Positions 50,309 through 62,471 of a stretch of 64,000 bases of DNA are shown here, in pieces; positions within the stretch are counted from its first letter, which is position 1; the number at the start of each line of letters is the position of its first letter. The DNA lies in contig CM074820.1 of the NCBI GenBank assembly GCA_037447605.1, positions 1,550,001 to 1,614,000 on the forward strand, written 5' to 3'. The notes below the pieces were generated by a model. That model did no database searches and was not told where the DNA came from. It saw only the letters and a program-made list of their open reading frames with translations. A program made the position numbers and the translations under genes. Source of the stretch: Zygnema circumcarinatum SAG 698-1b. Lineage: Eukaryota > Plantae > Zygnematophyceae.

Positions 50309-51339
50309 GTCGAAATTTGAAGGGGAATTTCGACAGAGAGCAGAAAATGGCTGAGCCAGTGTGCCAAGTGTACAGTGTGTAAAGTAAAGCTGGAGGTCGA
50401 AATGTGAAAAAAAATCTGAAACGATAGTCTCAAAGGATGTTAAAACTTTTTCAGATGGGCAGGGGTCCGATCACTCTGTCGAACGTGGCCTAAATTTTTG
50501 AATGGTTCTGAAAGACAAGTGTTATGAGGCACGTCAAAATTTCGAATTGAACTTCATACATTTCTTCTCGGGGGCTGAACTGGACAAGAAGGACATTTTC
50601 CTTTGAAAAAGAAATATTTCTTGGATTTTCCTTATTCTTTTCGAGAGGGGGATGGTTTGGATCAAAAAAGTGATTTCGTTTAAATTGCTTGAAAACACAT
50701 TGCTGTACTGATAGCTTATAGCACTGAAAACCTCTCCCTCTCTTTCCCCCTCTCCTTCTCTCTCGTTCGCAAGCTGCTCTTTCTCTTTTCTCTCCCCCCT
50801 CCACCTCCCTCCCTCCCTCCCTGCTTAAAAGTCTTGAGGATATTTATGTTGGATTACTAATATGGTCCAAAAAACCAAGGACAGAAGTATCCCCATTTCT
50901 CAACAACGAAGTAAAGGACGATTGTTTTCCTAAAGTAAAACCCAAGAGTACGAAAGTAAAAAGATTTCTAGCTTCAAAGATAAACAAACAATTGCAGAAA
51001 CATTTAAAAAACGTTTCGAAGTATGAGACAGACGAACTTTACAATCCTCGAAATTAGGGTTTCAGCGGCACATTTTTATCTGCTGCTCGAAAGGAGCTTT
51101 CTTCCAAGCACCCCCCCTCGCGCACTAACCAATTGCCGCTCAGATATAAAAAAGCGGGAAAGAAAAAAGAAAAGGAAAAACAGCAGGAGAGAGAGAGAGA
51201 AAACCAAAGTCAACAAATCTCTCCCACCGTGTATCAACCCTTAAATCTTCCTCTCCGTCTTGTTCCTTACCCCAATGTACAACTACAGCCCTTCCCATCT
51301 CCTCCTCTTCCTGGAGTTATTCCGACGCTCAAACCCTAA

Positions 51340-51830
51340 CCACCCCCTCCCCCCCCCTCTCTGAGTCCTTTCCTCCTCCCCCCCCCCCCTCTCTGAACCC
51401 TTCCCTCCCTCCCTCCCTCCCTCTCTGAACCCTTCCCTCCCTCCCTCCCTCCCTCTCTGAACCCTTCCCTCCCTCCCTCCCTCCCTCTCTGAACCCTTCC
51501 CTCCCTCCCTCCCTCCCTCACTCCCTCTCTGAACCCTTCCTTCCCTCCCTCCCTCCCTCCCTCTCTGAACCCTTCCCTCCCTCCCTCACTCCCTCTCTGA
51601 ACCCTTCCCTCCCTCCCTCCTCCCTCACTGAACCCTTCCTTCCCTCCCTCCCTCCCTCTCTGAACCCTTCCCTCCCTCCCTCCCTCCCTCACTCCCTCTC
51701 TGAACCCTTCCTTCCCTCCCTCCCTCCCTCTCTGAACCCTTCCCTCCCTCCCTCCCTCCCTCTCTGAACCCTTCCCTCCCTCCCTCCCTCCCTCTCTGAA
51801 CCCTTCCCTCCCTCCCTCCCTCCCTCCCTC
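51340..51830. repeat. Minisatellite CTCTGAACCCTTCCCTCCCTCCC(TCCC)n, also present in the NFU intron at ~52290-52490
   Basis: About 15 units of 25-40 bp, each seeded by tgaaccct and followed by (ctcc)n. Confidence 0.85.
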
Positions 51831-51838
51831 CCTCTCCT

Positions 51839-52818
51839 TTACAATAACTGCACCGCCGCAATGGATGGAATCTTCTCCCTCAGTTTCTGCGTGACGGCGA
51901 CGCGTACGGTCATCACGCCGGCAGCAGGACCATCGATTCGGACCTTTGCAACCGGACCGTCGATCTTCACAAGGGAGAGCTCGCCGCCTCCTGTGCCCGA
52001 AAGGTACGGCCGGATCTCCGCCAAAACCTGAAAAAAATAATAACTGGGAAGTAATTGGTCAAAGAGATGGTAGTTAATGAGTTAATTTACATTCTTAGAC
52101 TAGGTTCAAGCTCCCACCAACATGAAGCCAAACCTGGAACATAAGAGTCCCCAACACCAACCCCCTCTAGACTCCTCCCGCTCCCACACACTCCCACTTC
52201 CGCTCTCTCGCATCCTCTCCTCCCTACCTTCTCCCCCTTCCCTCCCAGCCCACCCTCCCCCATCCCCCTCCCTTCCTTCCTCGCCTTCCTCCCTCCCTCC
52301 TCTGAACCCTTCCCTCCCTCCCTCCCTCTGAACCCTTCCTCCCTCCCTCCTCTGAACCCTTCCTTCCCTCCCCTCCCTCCCTCCTCCCTCCCTCCCTCCC
52401 TCCCTCCCTCCCTCCCTCCCTCTGAACCCTTCCCTCCTCCCTCCCTCCCTCCCTCCCTCCCTCCCTCCTCTCTGAACCCTTCCCTCCCTCCATCCCTCTC
52501 TCTCTCTCCCACCTTCTCCACATTCTCCTCCGTGAGTGCGAGCCCCGTCTCCGTGTCCATGACCTGCTCCACCTCCGTTATCTCCGGAATCCTCTCTATG
52601 AGGCGCCGCTCGAGGCCCATCTTCATGGTGAGAGTGGAGCTCGGGCAGGACCCGCACGCGCCCTTGAGCAGCAGCCGCACTTTCAGACCGTCGATCTCGC
52701 ACAGCTCCACATCTCCACCGTCCGCCATGAGGTACGGCCGCACCTCGTCCAGGACCAGCTCCACGTTCTCCTCCGTCAGCTCGAGGCCCTCCACGGAGAC
52801 TTCTTCCGAAGCCAAGGC
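51839..52818 (-). CDS. NFU2/NFU3: Plastid NifU-like Fe-S cluster carrier NFU2/NFU3 (last two exons; transit-peptide exons not resolved)
   Basis: [69 protein letters not shown]...[10 protein letters not shown]|[62 protein letters not shown]. This is a CxxC NFU domain plus the redox-inactive second NFU domain. Confidence 0.95.
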
Positions 52819-55800
52819 CTTCAGAGGGGAGCCTGGAAAGGGAGGAAGGGGGAGAGGAGGGGGTGAGGGAGGAGGGAGGGAGGGAGGGAGGGAGGGAGGG
52901 AGGGAGAGAGGGAGGGGAGGGAGGGAGGGAGGGAGGGAGGGAGGAGGGAGGGAGGGAGGGAGGAGGAGGAGGAGGGAGGGAGGGAGGAGGAGGAAGGGAG
53001 GGAGGGAGGGAGGGAGGGAGGGAGGAGGGAGGGAGGGAGGGAGGGAGGGAGGGAGGGAGGGAGAGGGGAGGGAGGGAGGGAGGGAGGGAGGGAGGAGGGA
53101 GGGAGGGAGGGAAACGGGGAGGAAAGGATGGGGAAAAGAGGGAGAGGGAAGGGGGGGAGCCAGGGGGTGGAGGGGGAGGAGAAAAGGAAGGAGGAAGGCG
53201 AAGAAACAGCGAAACAGGGGGGAATGGAAGGGGAGGGAAAGGGGGGGGGTGGAATTTATGCGTATTCGCGCGCATCATAAAACTGTTGCGAAGAACGGAC
53301 TGGAGAGAACAAAACATCATGACGAGCAGCTCTATGTACTTCGAGCTGGATCTCCGTAATGGCATGTTTGAATTTGAACCTAGACTCCATCACTTTTTGT
53401 CAATTCTGTGTGGGAGGGAGAGATAGAGGGAGAGGGAGAGGGAGAGCGAGGAGTGGGAGAGGCACAGCGACAGAGAGCGACGGAGAGAGGGAGAGAGAGA
53501 CGGAGAGGCAGGAGTGGGAAAGATAGAGCGACAGAGAGAGAGGGAGGGAGTGGGAGAGGCAGAGCGACAGAGAGAGTGAAGGTAATTAGAAGGGAGGGAT
53601 GGGGGATGAGAGAGGGGGGGCCGAGGGCGGGAGGGGAGAGGAGAAGAGGGAGGCGAAGGAGGGTGAGGGGGGTGAGAGGGGGAATGAGGAGGGAGAGGGA
53701 CGGAGAGGGGAGGGCGAGGGAGGAGCGGGGCGGGATGAGAGGGAGGAAGGGAGAAGGTGAAAACCACGGGAGAGGGGGAGGGAGGGGGAGCAATTTCTAG
53801 CTATGTGTGCTTCGTCTAAACTGATCTGACGCCTGTCAGCCCCCCCTCCTTGAAGCAGGCGGGGCATGACATGTGCACGGCGACCCGCTTTAGAGAGTGT
53901 GCACTACCGCATACATCTGTTCTTTCTATAAGGGTTAACCCGCCCAATTAAACCTGGAAGAGGAAGGGAGGAGGGGAGTATGGGAGGTTGGGATGGAAGG
54001 GAGGGAGGGAGAGGGGGAAAAGGAAGGAGAGAATAAGGGAAAAAGGGGTAGGGAGGGAAGGAGGGAGGGAGAGGAGGAGGAGGAGGGAGAGGGGGAAGGG
54101 GAGGGAGAAGAGAGGTAGGGACGGCATGAAGGGGCGAGGGGGGGAATGAAGGGAGAAAAAAAGAGGGAGAGAGAGGGGAGAGGGAGAGGAGGGGGGGGGA
54201 AGGGGGGGGGCGCAAGAAAACCTTCCTTTCCCTCCCCTTTTTTTGTATACTGTTAAATGTTCTCCTCGACCTCTCCCTTACCCATTTTTTCCCCACTCCC
54301 TATCTCTCTCTAACACGCACACTTCGTCCCAAGAGGGAGAAGGCAAGGGAGAGGGAGAAGGCGACGGAGAGGGAGAAGGCGAGGGGGAGAGAGCGAAGAG
54401 AGAGAGGGAGAGGGAGAGACAGAGGGGGAGGGGGAGGGAGAGGGAGAGAGAGAGGGGGGGGGGAGGAAGAGGGGGAGGGGGAGGGAAAGGGAGCGGGGGA
54501 GGTGGAGAGAGAGAGAGAGGGTGAGGGAGAGGGGGAGGAAGAATGACGGACTCCAGCAAATCGTGGGCCGCCACCTGGGCCGCGTGCATGGGGCTGGCCA
54601 CCAGCGCTGCAGAGGGGGCGAGACTAGGCAGACACATACAGTAAAGAGGAAAGAAAAAAAGTCTAAATTAACGAAGATGGGTTTTGTGAGGTTAGAGCTC
54701 ATCACCTCGTTGAGGCTCGGCCCCTAGACTCCGTCTCCGCCTGCTCGCATGAGAAACCCTAATTTGGTGCGCAAGGCTGGTCTCGCTTTTAGACATCTGT
54801 AACACGACCGCAAATTTAAATCAACACTTTGCAATAAAACTGTAATCAAGGGGCTGGACAGCTGTAAAATTGCTTCATTGGATTTTTTTTTTTCCCCCAA
54901 ATCTCCCATGCCCCAAATCGACTATTCACCGCATCATTGCATCCTGAAACCAGGAGGTCTAATCCCCTGCCCTAATCCCCATCCGTACCATGCGTACCTG
55001 CACATGCGCATGCAGCCGATGCGGCGTATGCACCCCCATGACGTGACGTGACGTCCCCATGGCTCCCCCATGCATGCCCACATCCATGCGCGCCATCCCC
55101 ATCGTCTCCATGCTACTCGTGAACCTTCAACCCTAACCCTAATCCTTGACCCCTTCAATCCCAGCAACTGCAAATTTCGAAAAGGGCTCTGCGCCTTCCC
55201 TCCTTATCCTTCCTCCTTACTCTCTCTCCCTCACTCTCCCTCTCCTTCTCCCTCTCCCTTTCCCTTCTCTCTTTCCCGCTCTCCCTCTCTCTCTCTCTCT
55301 CCCTCCCTCACACCCTCCCTCTCTCTCTCCCTCTCCCTCACTCTTTCTCCCCCTTGTTTCTCTCCCTCTCTCCCTCCCTCTCTCGCTCTCTTCCTCTCTC
55401 CCTCTCCCTCACTCTCTCCCTCTCTCTCACGCGTTCGATCGCTTCAGGGAGAACCTGCGCTTCTTAAAGTTTAGAAGAGGGCGAAATTAGGGTTCCTGCA
55501 GGTTTGCAACCGCGCCCTCGACTCAAAAGTTTTTCACAGGCAGTTTTCCGCAACGTTTCCTCCCGAGCCGAAGGTGCATCGAATCTGGCCTTGAAACCGG
55601 CCCCGGCCGATTTTTCATCGAGCCTTGATTGGTCCGAAACATGAGAAGGCTGGTTCAGGATCCACTTCTGGATCCACTTTCTTCTCAATTTTGGGCTATT
55701 TTGGGCTGTGAATTAATCACCACCAACGGTGACTCGCCGCGTGTTCAGTTTGGTCCACATTGCGCTTTGGTTGAGTATTTGTCGTCAGTTCTCACGATGA

Positions 55801-55869
55801 GTGGATCCGCGATTCCACCGCGTGCTCGCACTATTGTATACGTGACGTCACAGGGTCGCATTGGCTCTT

Positions 55870-56067
55870 GGCCACGTGACGCCACGTCACCTGATGACGT
55901 TGTCGTCAGTGCCACGTGGCGGCTCCTGGACCGTACAGATTATAGAAAGAATCGGACGACTGCAGGCATGCCACGTGGCATCACTTTTGCTTTTCGCCCT
56001 GATCGCTGTCTACGTGGCCGTCTCCAATGCGCGGCCTCTGGAGAGCCACGTCAGTGCGCCACGTGGC
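55870..56067. promoter_or_regulatory. Cluster of G-box palindromes (CACGTG core; three perfect GCCACGTGGC) at the 5' end of cupin gene A
   Basis: gccacgtgac 55871, gccacgtggc 55911, 55970 and 56058, plus gccacgtca variants. Function as bZIP/bHLH sites is inferred from the known G-box consensus. Confidence 0.45.
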
Positions 56068-57791
56068 GAAGTAGATGCTGACGTGGAGGCCTCGCGGGCG
56101 TTCGATGCGGATGTTAACCTTGTACGGCTGAGTTTTGAGGAGGAGCTGACGGTGGATCCGCGGCAGGATCACCGGCGGGGGTGGATGGTGGATCCGATCA
56201 AGGCGGCTGAGAAAGCCGGGCTGCAGGGTAACTATAAACCCTAAAATCCTAAACCCTCAACCCCCAACTCTAAACTCTTAACCCCAGTTTTATCGAGGTT
56301 TAGGGGTTTGGGATTTTGTCTGGTTTTCTAAAACCTTCGTAAGGATCTTAACTGTAGGGGAAGGGGGGGTTAAGGGTTTAGGGTTTAAAGGTTAGGGTGT
56401 AAGGTGTAGGGTTTAAAGGTTAGGGTTTAGGTTTAGGTTTAGGTTTTAGGTTTAGGTTTTAGGGTTTAAGGTTTAGGGTTAAGGGTTTAGGGTTTAGAGT
56501 ATAGGGTTTTTGGATTTGGTCAGGGGGAAGAGTGGGGGATCTCGTTATTTTTTTTAGACGCCGTGGAACTCCGAATAGCCCTAAAACCCTAATCATCCCT
56601 TGACCCCTACGACAACCCCCGAAACCCTACAACGGAGGGTGGAAGGCTGGGGTTTAGGGTTTAAGGGTTTTTAGGGTATCGCAGGATTGAACTTCCGGAA
56701 CACTTTATGGCCATGTTTCTTACGAATGCAATTGTCCTCCCTCTCTTCCCCCCCTCTGTCTCTCTCTTTCTCTCTCACTCTCTGTGTCTCTCGCTTTCTC
56801 TCTTTTCCTCCCTCTCTCTCTCTCTCGTCTTATTCGTATTTGTTTATTGTCTCTTGATTTTTTTCTTATCTTTATTTGGCCCATCCAGGAGGCGCGCTCG
56901 CCTGTGTGGAGGTGCATCTGGGGCAGGTCTACCCGGGGAAGGTTCGCGGAAATCACCGGCATCATCACTGCAACGAAACGTTCATTCTGTGGGGGGCCAA
57001 ACAACGCTTCCGGGTGGGCTCGCAACCCTCAACCCTACTTCTGAAACCCTAAATGTTAAACCCTAAACCCTGCAAACCTCTCTCCTTTTTCGTAAAGGGG
57101 AGACATGTCCCATTCCGTATTTGCTGAACAGGAAAGCAGAAACTGCCCACGGATTGTTCAACATGATCATAATCTGAAGTTCTCCCCTAAAGAAATTAAT
57201 CAAACGAGCATTTTGTTTCCAAATTAAACCTTACAAGCTATTGGCGTTACAACCTGATTTTTTTCTTACCGCGATTGTGCTTGAACGAGTATAATTCCAG
57301 TTTATGCTTTTGGGGTTTAGAGTTTACGGTGTATGGTTTAGGGTATGTGGTTTATGATTTAGCGTTAGTGGGTTTAGGGTTTATGATTTGTAGATTATGG
57401 TTTAGGGTTTGTGTTTATGATTGAGCATTCATGGTTTTAGGGTTTAGGGTTTTACAGTTTAAAGGTGCATGGTTGATGGTTTGTGGATCATAATTTCGGG
57501 TATGTGATTTATGGGTTTTGGGTTTATCTTGAGGGCTTATGGAATTTTTTGGTTTTTGGTTTTTGGTTTTTGGTTTTTGGTTTGCAGCTCGAGAACCCAA
57601 ACTCCCCAAAAGGCTATTCGGAGGTGGTCCTAGGCCCTGCTGACGTGGCGGTGGCCGCCGGGCGGGCGGGTTTGGCGCATGCGATCGCGAGCGAGGACAC
57701 GCGGGCGGTAGCGTACCTGCTGGCGTGTCAGGACGGGGCCTATGACGTCAGCAACCCGCGGACCGACTACAACGTCTGGCCGGACTTGTGA
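55894..57791 (+). CDS. Membrane-anchored RmlC-like cupin, paralogue A (nucleotide-sugar epimerase/isomerase fold)
   Basis: Signal anchor ASLLLFALIAVYVAV; RGWMVDPIKAAEKAGLQ|GGALACVEVHLGQVYPGKVRGNHRHHHCNETFILWGAKQRFR|LENPNSPKGYSEVVLGPADVAVAAGRAGLAHAIASED...LLACQD...DYNVWPDL*. Carries the cupin H-x-H...E...H metal motif and resembles the land-plant RmlC-type family (recalled, not searched). Confidence 0.85.
56237..56680. repeat. Alternating C-rich and G-rich telomere-like tracts in cupin A intron 1
   Basis: aaaccctaaaatcctaaaccct (56237-56285), then tttaggg-rich (56305-56520), then ccctaaaaccct (56579-56630), then gggtttaggg (56649-56680). Confidence 0.8.
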
Positions 57792-58435
57792 ATAAAATTT
57801 GGGCTTTGGGGTCGGCCTCGAGAAGAGGGGCTTTGGGTTCAGCGCGAAGGGTTGGACCCGCTCTGTATATTGTTTCTAGTTGTGTTATGTTCTCTCTCTC
57901 TTTCTCTCTCTCTCGCTCTCTCGCTCTGTCTGGCTTTCTCTCTCTCTCTCTCTCTCACGCACACACTCATAAATTCATTGGTAATGTAATAATGAAAAAA
58001 AGGAAGCTCGGTCAAAAAGTACAATCAAGATGACGTAAATGACATTAAAAGGTTTGAAACGGAAAATGAAATGAATGTGACGGAAACAGAAACAGAAGCC
58101 CCCAACACGCGCCTCCCTCCTTCCCCTTCGAAACCCTTCGTTCCTTTCTTTCGGTGGCCTGCCCGCCTCTCCCTTGACTCATATTTTTGGTGGTCAGTCT
58201 TCCAAAAACCTTTCATCAACGATATTGGGCAGCCGTAAAAAAATATATTGAAGCTCAGCCTCTCCCCTTACTGACCTTTCAATAGAGTGAGGGATCACTC
58301 CATCTCCCTCTCCCTCTCTCCCTCTCCCTCTCTCCCTCTCGCTCTCTCTCTTTCCCTCCCTCTCTCTGCCTTAAAAATACGAGTCATGAAAATCATAAAA
58401 TACCGGTTAATTTAACCAACCTACTCCGATTCAGT

Positions 58436-59834
58436 TCAACGAACAGCGGTTTCCTCATCGTTCTCGTCGTCCACCATTCTGGCAGAGGACGAGAGAGGAA
58501 GCTTCTCGGAAGGTGAGCTTGTGACAGGTGTCACACTGGAGGCTCGCTCGCTTCCTTTTGAGGTCGAATTTCCGTACCATATCATGCCCATGATAGCAAT
58601 CACCATCCCGGAAACAACCTGAAAACACATAAAACCCTTGCCCCCCAAGGAAACAGTTGAAACTGGAGAAAGGGGACGAGAGAGAGAAAGAGAGAGAGGG
58701 AGAAAAGGGGAGAGGAGGGGGAGAGGGAGGGAGGTTCAAAGGTTTTAAGGGTCTCAGAGATTTTTAGGGTTTGTGAGCAAATTCTTGCCTGCAGACTGAG
58801 GCCTTCTCTTCCAAACATTGTGAATCCGAGAACGAGAACGAGAACTGTCTTCATGTGACCGAGCACTTGGAACGTAACGGCCGTAAAACGGCCGATGCAT
58901 ATAAATTGGCTCAAGTTCACGCCAACCGCCATGAGGCAGGAAGTTCCTATGCAGGCCTGCAGCTTCCCAGAAGCTCATCGTCAGTTTACCACAGTTTTTG
59001 CCACTTGTGAGTGGCACATTGCGGCGGTGAGAAAGATTGAGGGTAAATGACGGAGTCGACGTGATGCACGAAAGGCGAGGGAGTGAGAGAGAGAGAAAGA
59101 GGGGAAGGAGGGAGGGGGCAGAGGGAGTGGACAGGGAGAGCGTGAGGGAGAAGGAGAGGGGGGGGAGAGAGCGAGAGCGAGAGAAAGAGGGAGAGAGAGT
59201 GCGAGCCCAAACTTACCACTACAGGGAGAGCGTGAGGGAGAAGGAGAGAGAGGGAGAGAGCGAGAGCGAGAGAAAGAGGGAGAGAGAGTGAGAGCCCAAA
59301 CTTACCACTACAGGGAGAGGGTGAGGGAGAAGGAGAGGGGGGGGAGAGAGCGAGAGCGAGAGCGAGAGCGAAAGAGGGAGAGAGAGAGAGAGAGAGTGAG
59401 AGCTCCAAACCCACCACTGAGGGCACGCTGTAGTCGTACTTATCGACCCTTAGCCCCGCGAGGAGATAGTCCGCGAGCGGCCCCGCGAGGAGGAGGGAGG
59501 TCGCCTGCAGGGGCGCGGTGTGCGCGAGGAGGTCGAAGGACCCCACGCGGTATCGCTTCTGCAGGAAGTGGACGTACTGCCACGTGGACATGGAACAAGG
59601 AAAGGAGAAAGTAAATTAGGGTTTAAGGTCTACCTCGGAGGGATGAAGTTGAGAGTGGGAGAATAATCGGAATCGATTGATTTCTCTCTCTCTCTCTCTC
59701 ATTTTTTCTTTTTCTGTTTCTCATTCTCCCTCTCTCATCTCTCCCTCTCTCTCTCTCACTCTCTCCCTCTCTCTCTCTCTCCTTCGCTCATCTTTTCCTC
59801 TCTCTCCCTCTCCCTCTCTCTCTCTCCCTCTCTC

Positions 59835-59870
<36 letters not shown>

Positions 59871-61486
59871 TCGCCACTGTCTATCCCCTCTCTCTCCTGC
59901 CCTTTCCCCTCTTCTCCACTCGTGTCCTGACTCTCCAACAATCATCGCTATAGTTCACTAGACTCCCCTCCCTGCAAGGTGCGGGTATAACTCCCCGACT
60001 CACCTCAACTTCCATAAACTTTCCAAAAAATTTCAATCCATTCATTCAAAGAATTCTATCGAAACATCGACGAAATTCGAAGGGAAGTTTGCCAGAACAC
60101 TCACATACTGCTGTACGGCTGTGCTCCAAACGGCGATAGCGGCAGCTATGAACCCTTTTGCATTAACGCTGACGTCAGAGACCGTACAAATCCCGACCCC
60201 TCCAAGAACCACGAGGATGCTCAGTTTGGTGCTCCGTGAATACTTCACACCGTCGAAGAGAATCTCCAGAAGGCAAGATACTGGAATCATGCTCAGTTTG
60301 GCAATCTGGGCAGCAAAAAGAAAGTAAAATCTGAATAAGAAAATGGAAGGAGAATGGACGTAGAAAGAAAGGGAGAGGTCGAATAGGAATCAGCAAAGTT
60401 AGGGTTTAGTTTCTTTGAGGGCGAGATGCAAGGCACAGAAGGTGCAGTAGAAGGGAGGATTAGAGAGAGGATCTGTAGAAGCATATGCATGAAGAAATCA
60501 TGCAAAGAATGCTTCCACGCGGGTGAAAAGTGCCATGAATAACCAGTGACGTCATGAAGATGCAATGTTGATATCGTCGTGGTTTAACGATGACATGGCA
60601 GTGATGCAACCGTTCAAGTGAGGGTTGCTTTCATTTTGTTTATGTGTATATGCATGCAAGCACGAACGTACAAAAACATATCTATGTTTTTGCATGCATG
60701 GATGTATGTCTGAATAAAATGCATGTATGCACGTAGCCAAACATGCCTTATGTGAATGAATGTACGTGTCTATGGATGTCTCCAAGCATGCCCATGTGTA
60801 TGTGCATGCATGCATGCGGCAGTGCACCTGGTAGAAGCCGACGCTGTTCCACATGAGGCTGACGTTCATGGCGACGATCGAGACGTTGGCGGTCGCCGCG
60901 AACTTGAGAACCTCCGCGAGGGGGAGGGAGGAGGGCGGGAGGAACCCGCACGTGCGAAGGCCCACCGTCATCAGGGCCGTCATCATGAAGTGGAAGCCGG
61001 TCAGGGTAGTGGCTGAGGGAAGCAGGGAAGGGAGGGAAGGGAGAGGGGGACGGGGGGGAGAGGGAGGGAGGGAGGGAGAGAGGGAGGGAGGGAGAGAGGG
61101 AGGGAGGGAGGAAGGGAGGGAGGGAGGAAGGGAGGGAGGGAGGGAGGGAAAAAGGAAAGTAAATTAGGCCAAAATCGCTGAAATACAGAATGCAACGTAG
61201 TTCACTCTGAACATATTCAAAACATTCGAAGGAACCAAAGCCCTGATATCCAAGCCCTTCTCTCAACCCGCCTGCAACCAAAGGCTGCAGAGCTGCAGGG
61301 TTCAGCACCACAGCTTTCCGTCCCCCATTGCAAGGGTCCAGGAATTAGGGTTTTACCGAAGGTGAATCCGTACAGCGACATGAGCTGCTTGTTGATGAGA
61401 ATAATGCCGACGGATGAGGATATGTTGAACAGCCATGCGCCCACATCCACCACACGCTCCTTATCCCTGCTCTCGTAGGGCGCCAT
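58436..61486 (-). CDS. URGT: Golgi nucleotide-sugar transporter, UDP-rhamnose/UDP-galactose transporter (URGT3-6 type)
   Basis: [43 protein letters not shown]|ATTLTGFHF...[14 protein letters not shown]|[30 protein letters not shown]...[10 protein letters not shown]|YVHFLQKRY...HTAPLQA...|...[24 protein letters not shown]...FGREGLSLQ|[17 protein letters not shown]...*. Close to the Arabidopsis URGT5/6-type sequence as recalled. Confidence 0.93.
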
Positions 61487-62471
61487 GGCTGGCACCTGTC
61501 ACCACTCACCTGTCACCTAACAGCAGGACATGAATGGATGGCAATGGCTATGGCTATGGCTATGGTGCGATCTATGTGGCGTGTTTCTGCTCCTCTATGC
61601 CCATGGCATGTCTACATGCATGGGCATGGGCAAGGGCATGGGCATGGTATGGGCATGGCATGAGCCTGCAGATCAGAATGGGTATACGATGGATCGGTAT
61701 GGGGAAGTAGGGTTCAGGGTCAGGGTTTTGAACAAAGGAAGAAGTGAAGGATTCAGGGTTCAGGGTAAGGGTTTCGGAAAGAACGTTGAGGTTCAGGGTA
61801 AGGGCTCAGGGTTCAGGGATTTCCTTGAAAGGAAAGTTGGAGGTTCAGGGTGTTTTGCAGCACGCGAAGTCCATACTCGCCTTCTGCCGTGGCTCGACGT
61901 TCCCTGTTTAGACTTGTACGGTCAACGCCGTGCCAAAAATGCCGTACAGTAAATGCCCTACCGTACTGTTGGGTGAGACAAAACAAGCAGGACCGTCTTG
62001 TTGTCGCTTCTGACAAATTCTAGCCTCTGACGAATCAGAACGTACCTAATACGGTAAATCGTAGAATCTAAAGAATTTTTAAAGCGAATCAGATGTTGTC
62101 ACGTGGCAGTGCCTCTTCCGGCAATGATGACTTCATTAGGGAACGACAATCTTTCGATGTTTGCAAAATATCTGGTAGAAACTAGTACATTTTTATGACT
62201 AATCTAAAATAATATATTCTAATTGTAAAGTACTGATTTTAAAATAAACCGGAACACAAAAATCTCGTTTCGGGAAAATCAGTGCGAGGAATCCACGATA
62301 AATAATCCAGGAGCGACGAATGACGACTCGCCACGTGAAATTCGTGCATATGGCAGCCTCTCATTGGCCCAATTTCTGTACCGGCCTCGCACTCGTTTGC
62401 GATGATAAAATTCCCATCGGCTCCCCGCAAAATCCGCAGCTCCGCCTCCTGTGCAGCTGCCACGTGTCGCC

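Noticed and set aside
53260-55690. Possible 5' exons of NFU or a separate small minus-strand gene
   Set aside because: Several splice-like fragments exist but no unique in-phase model or recognisable sequence.
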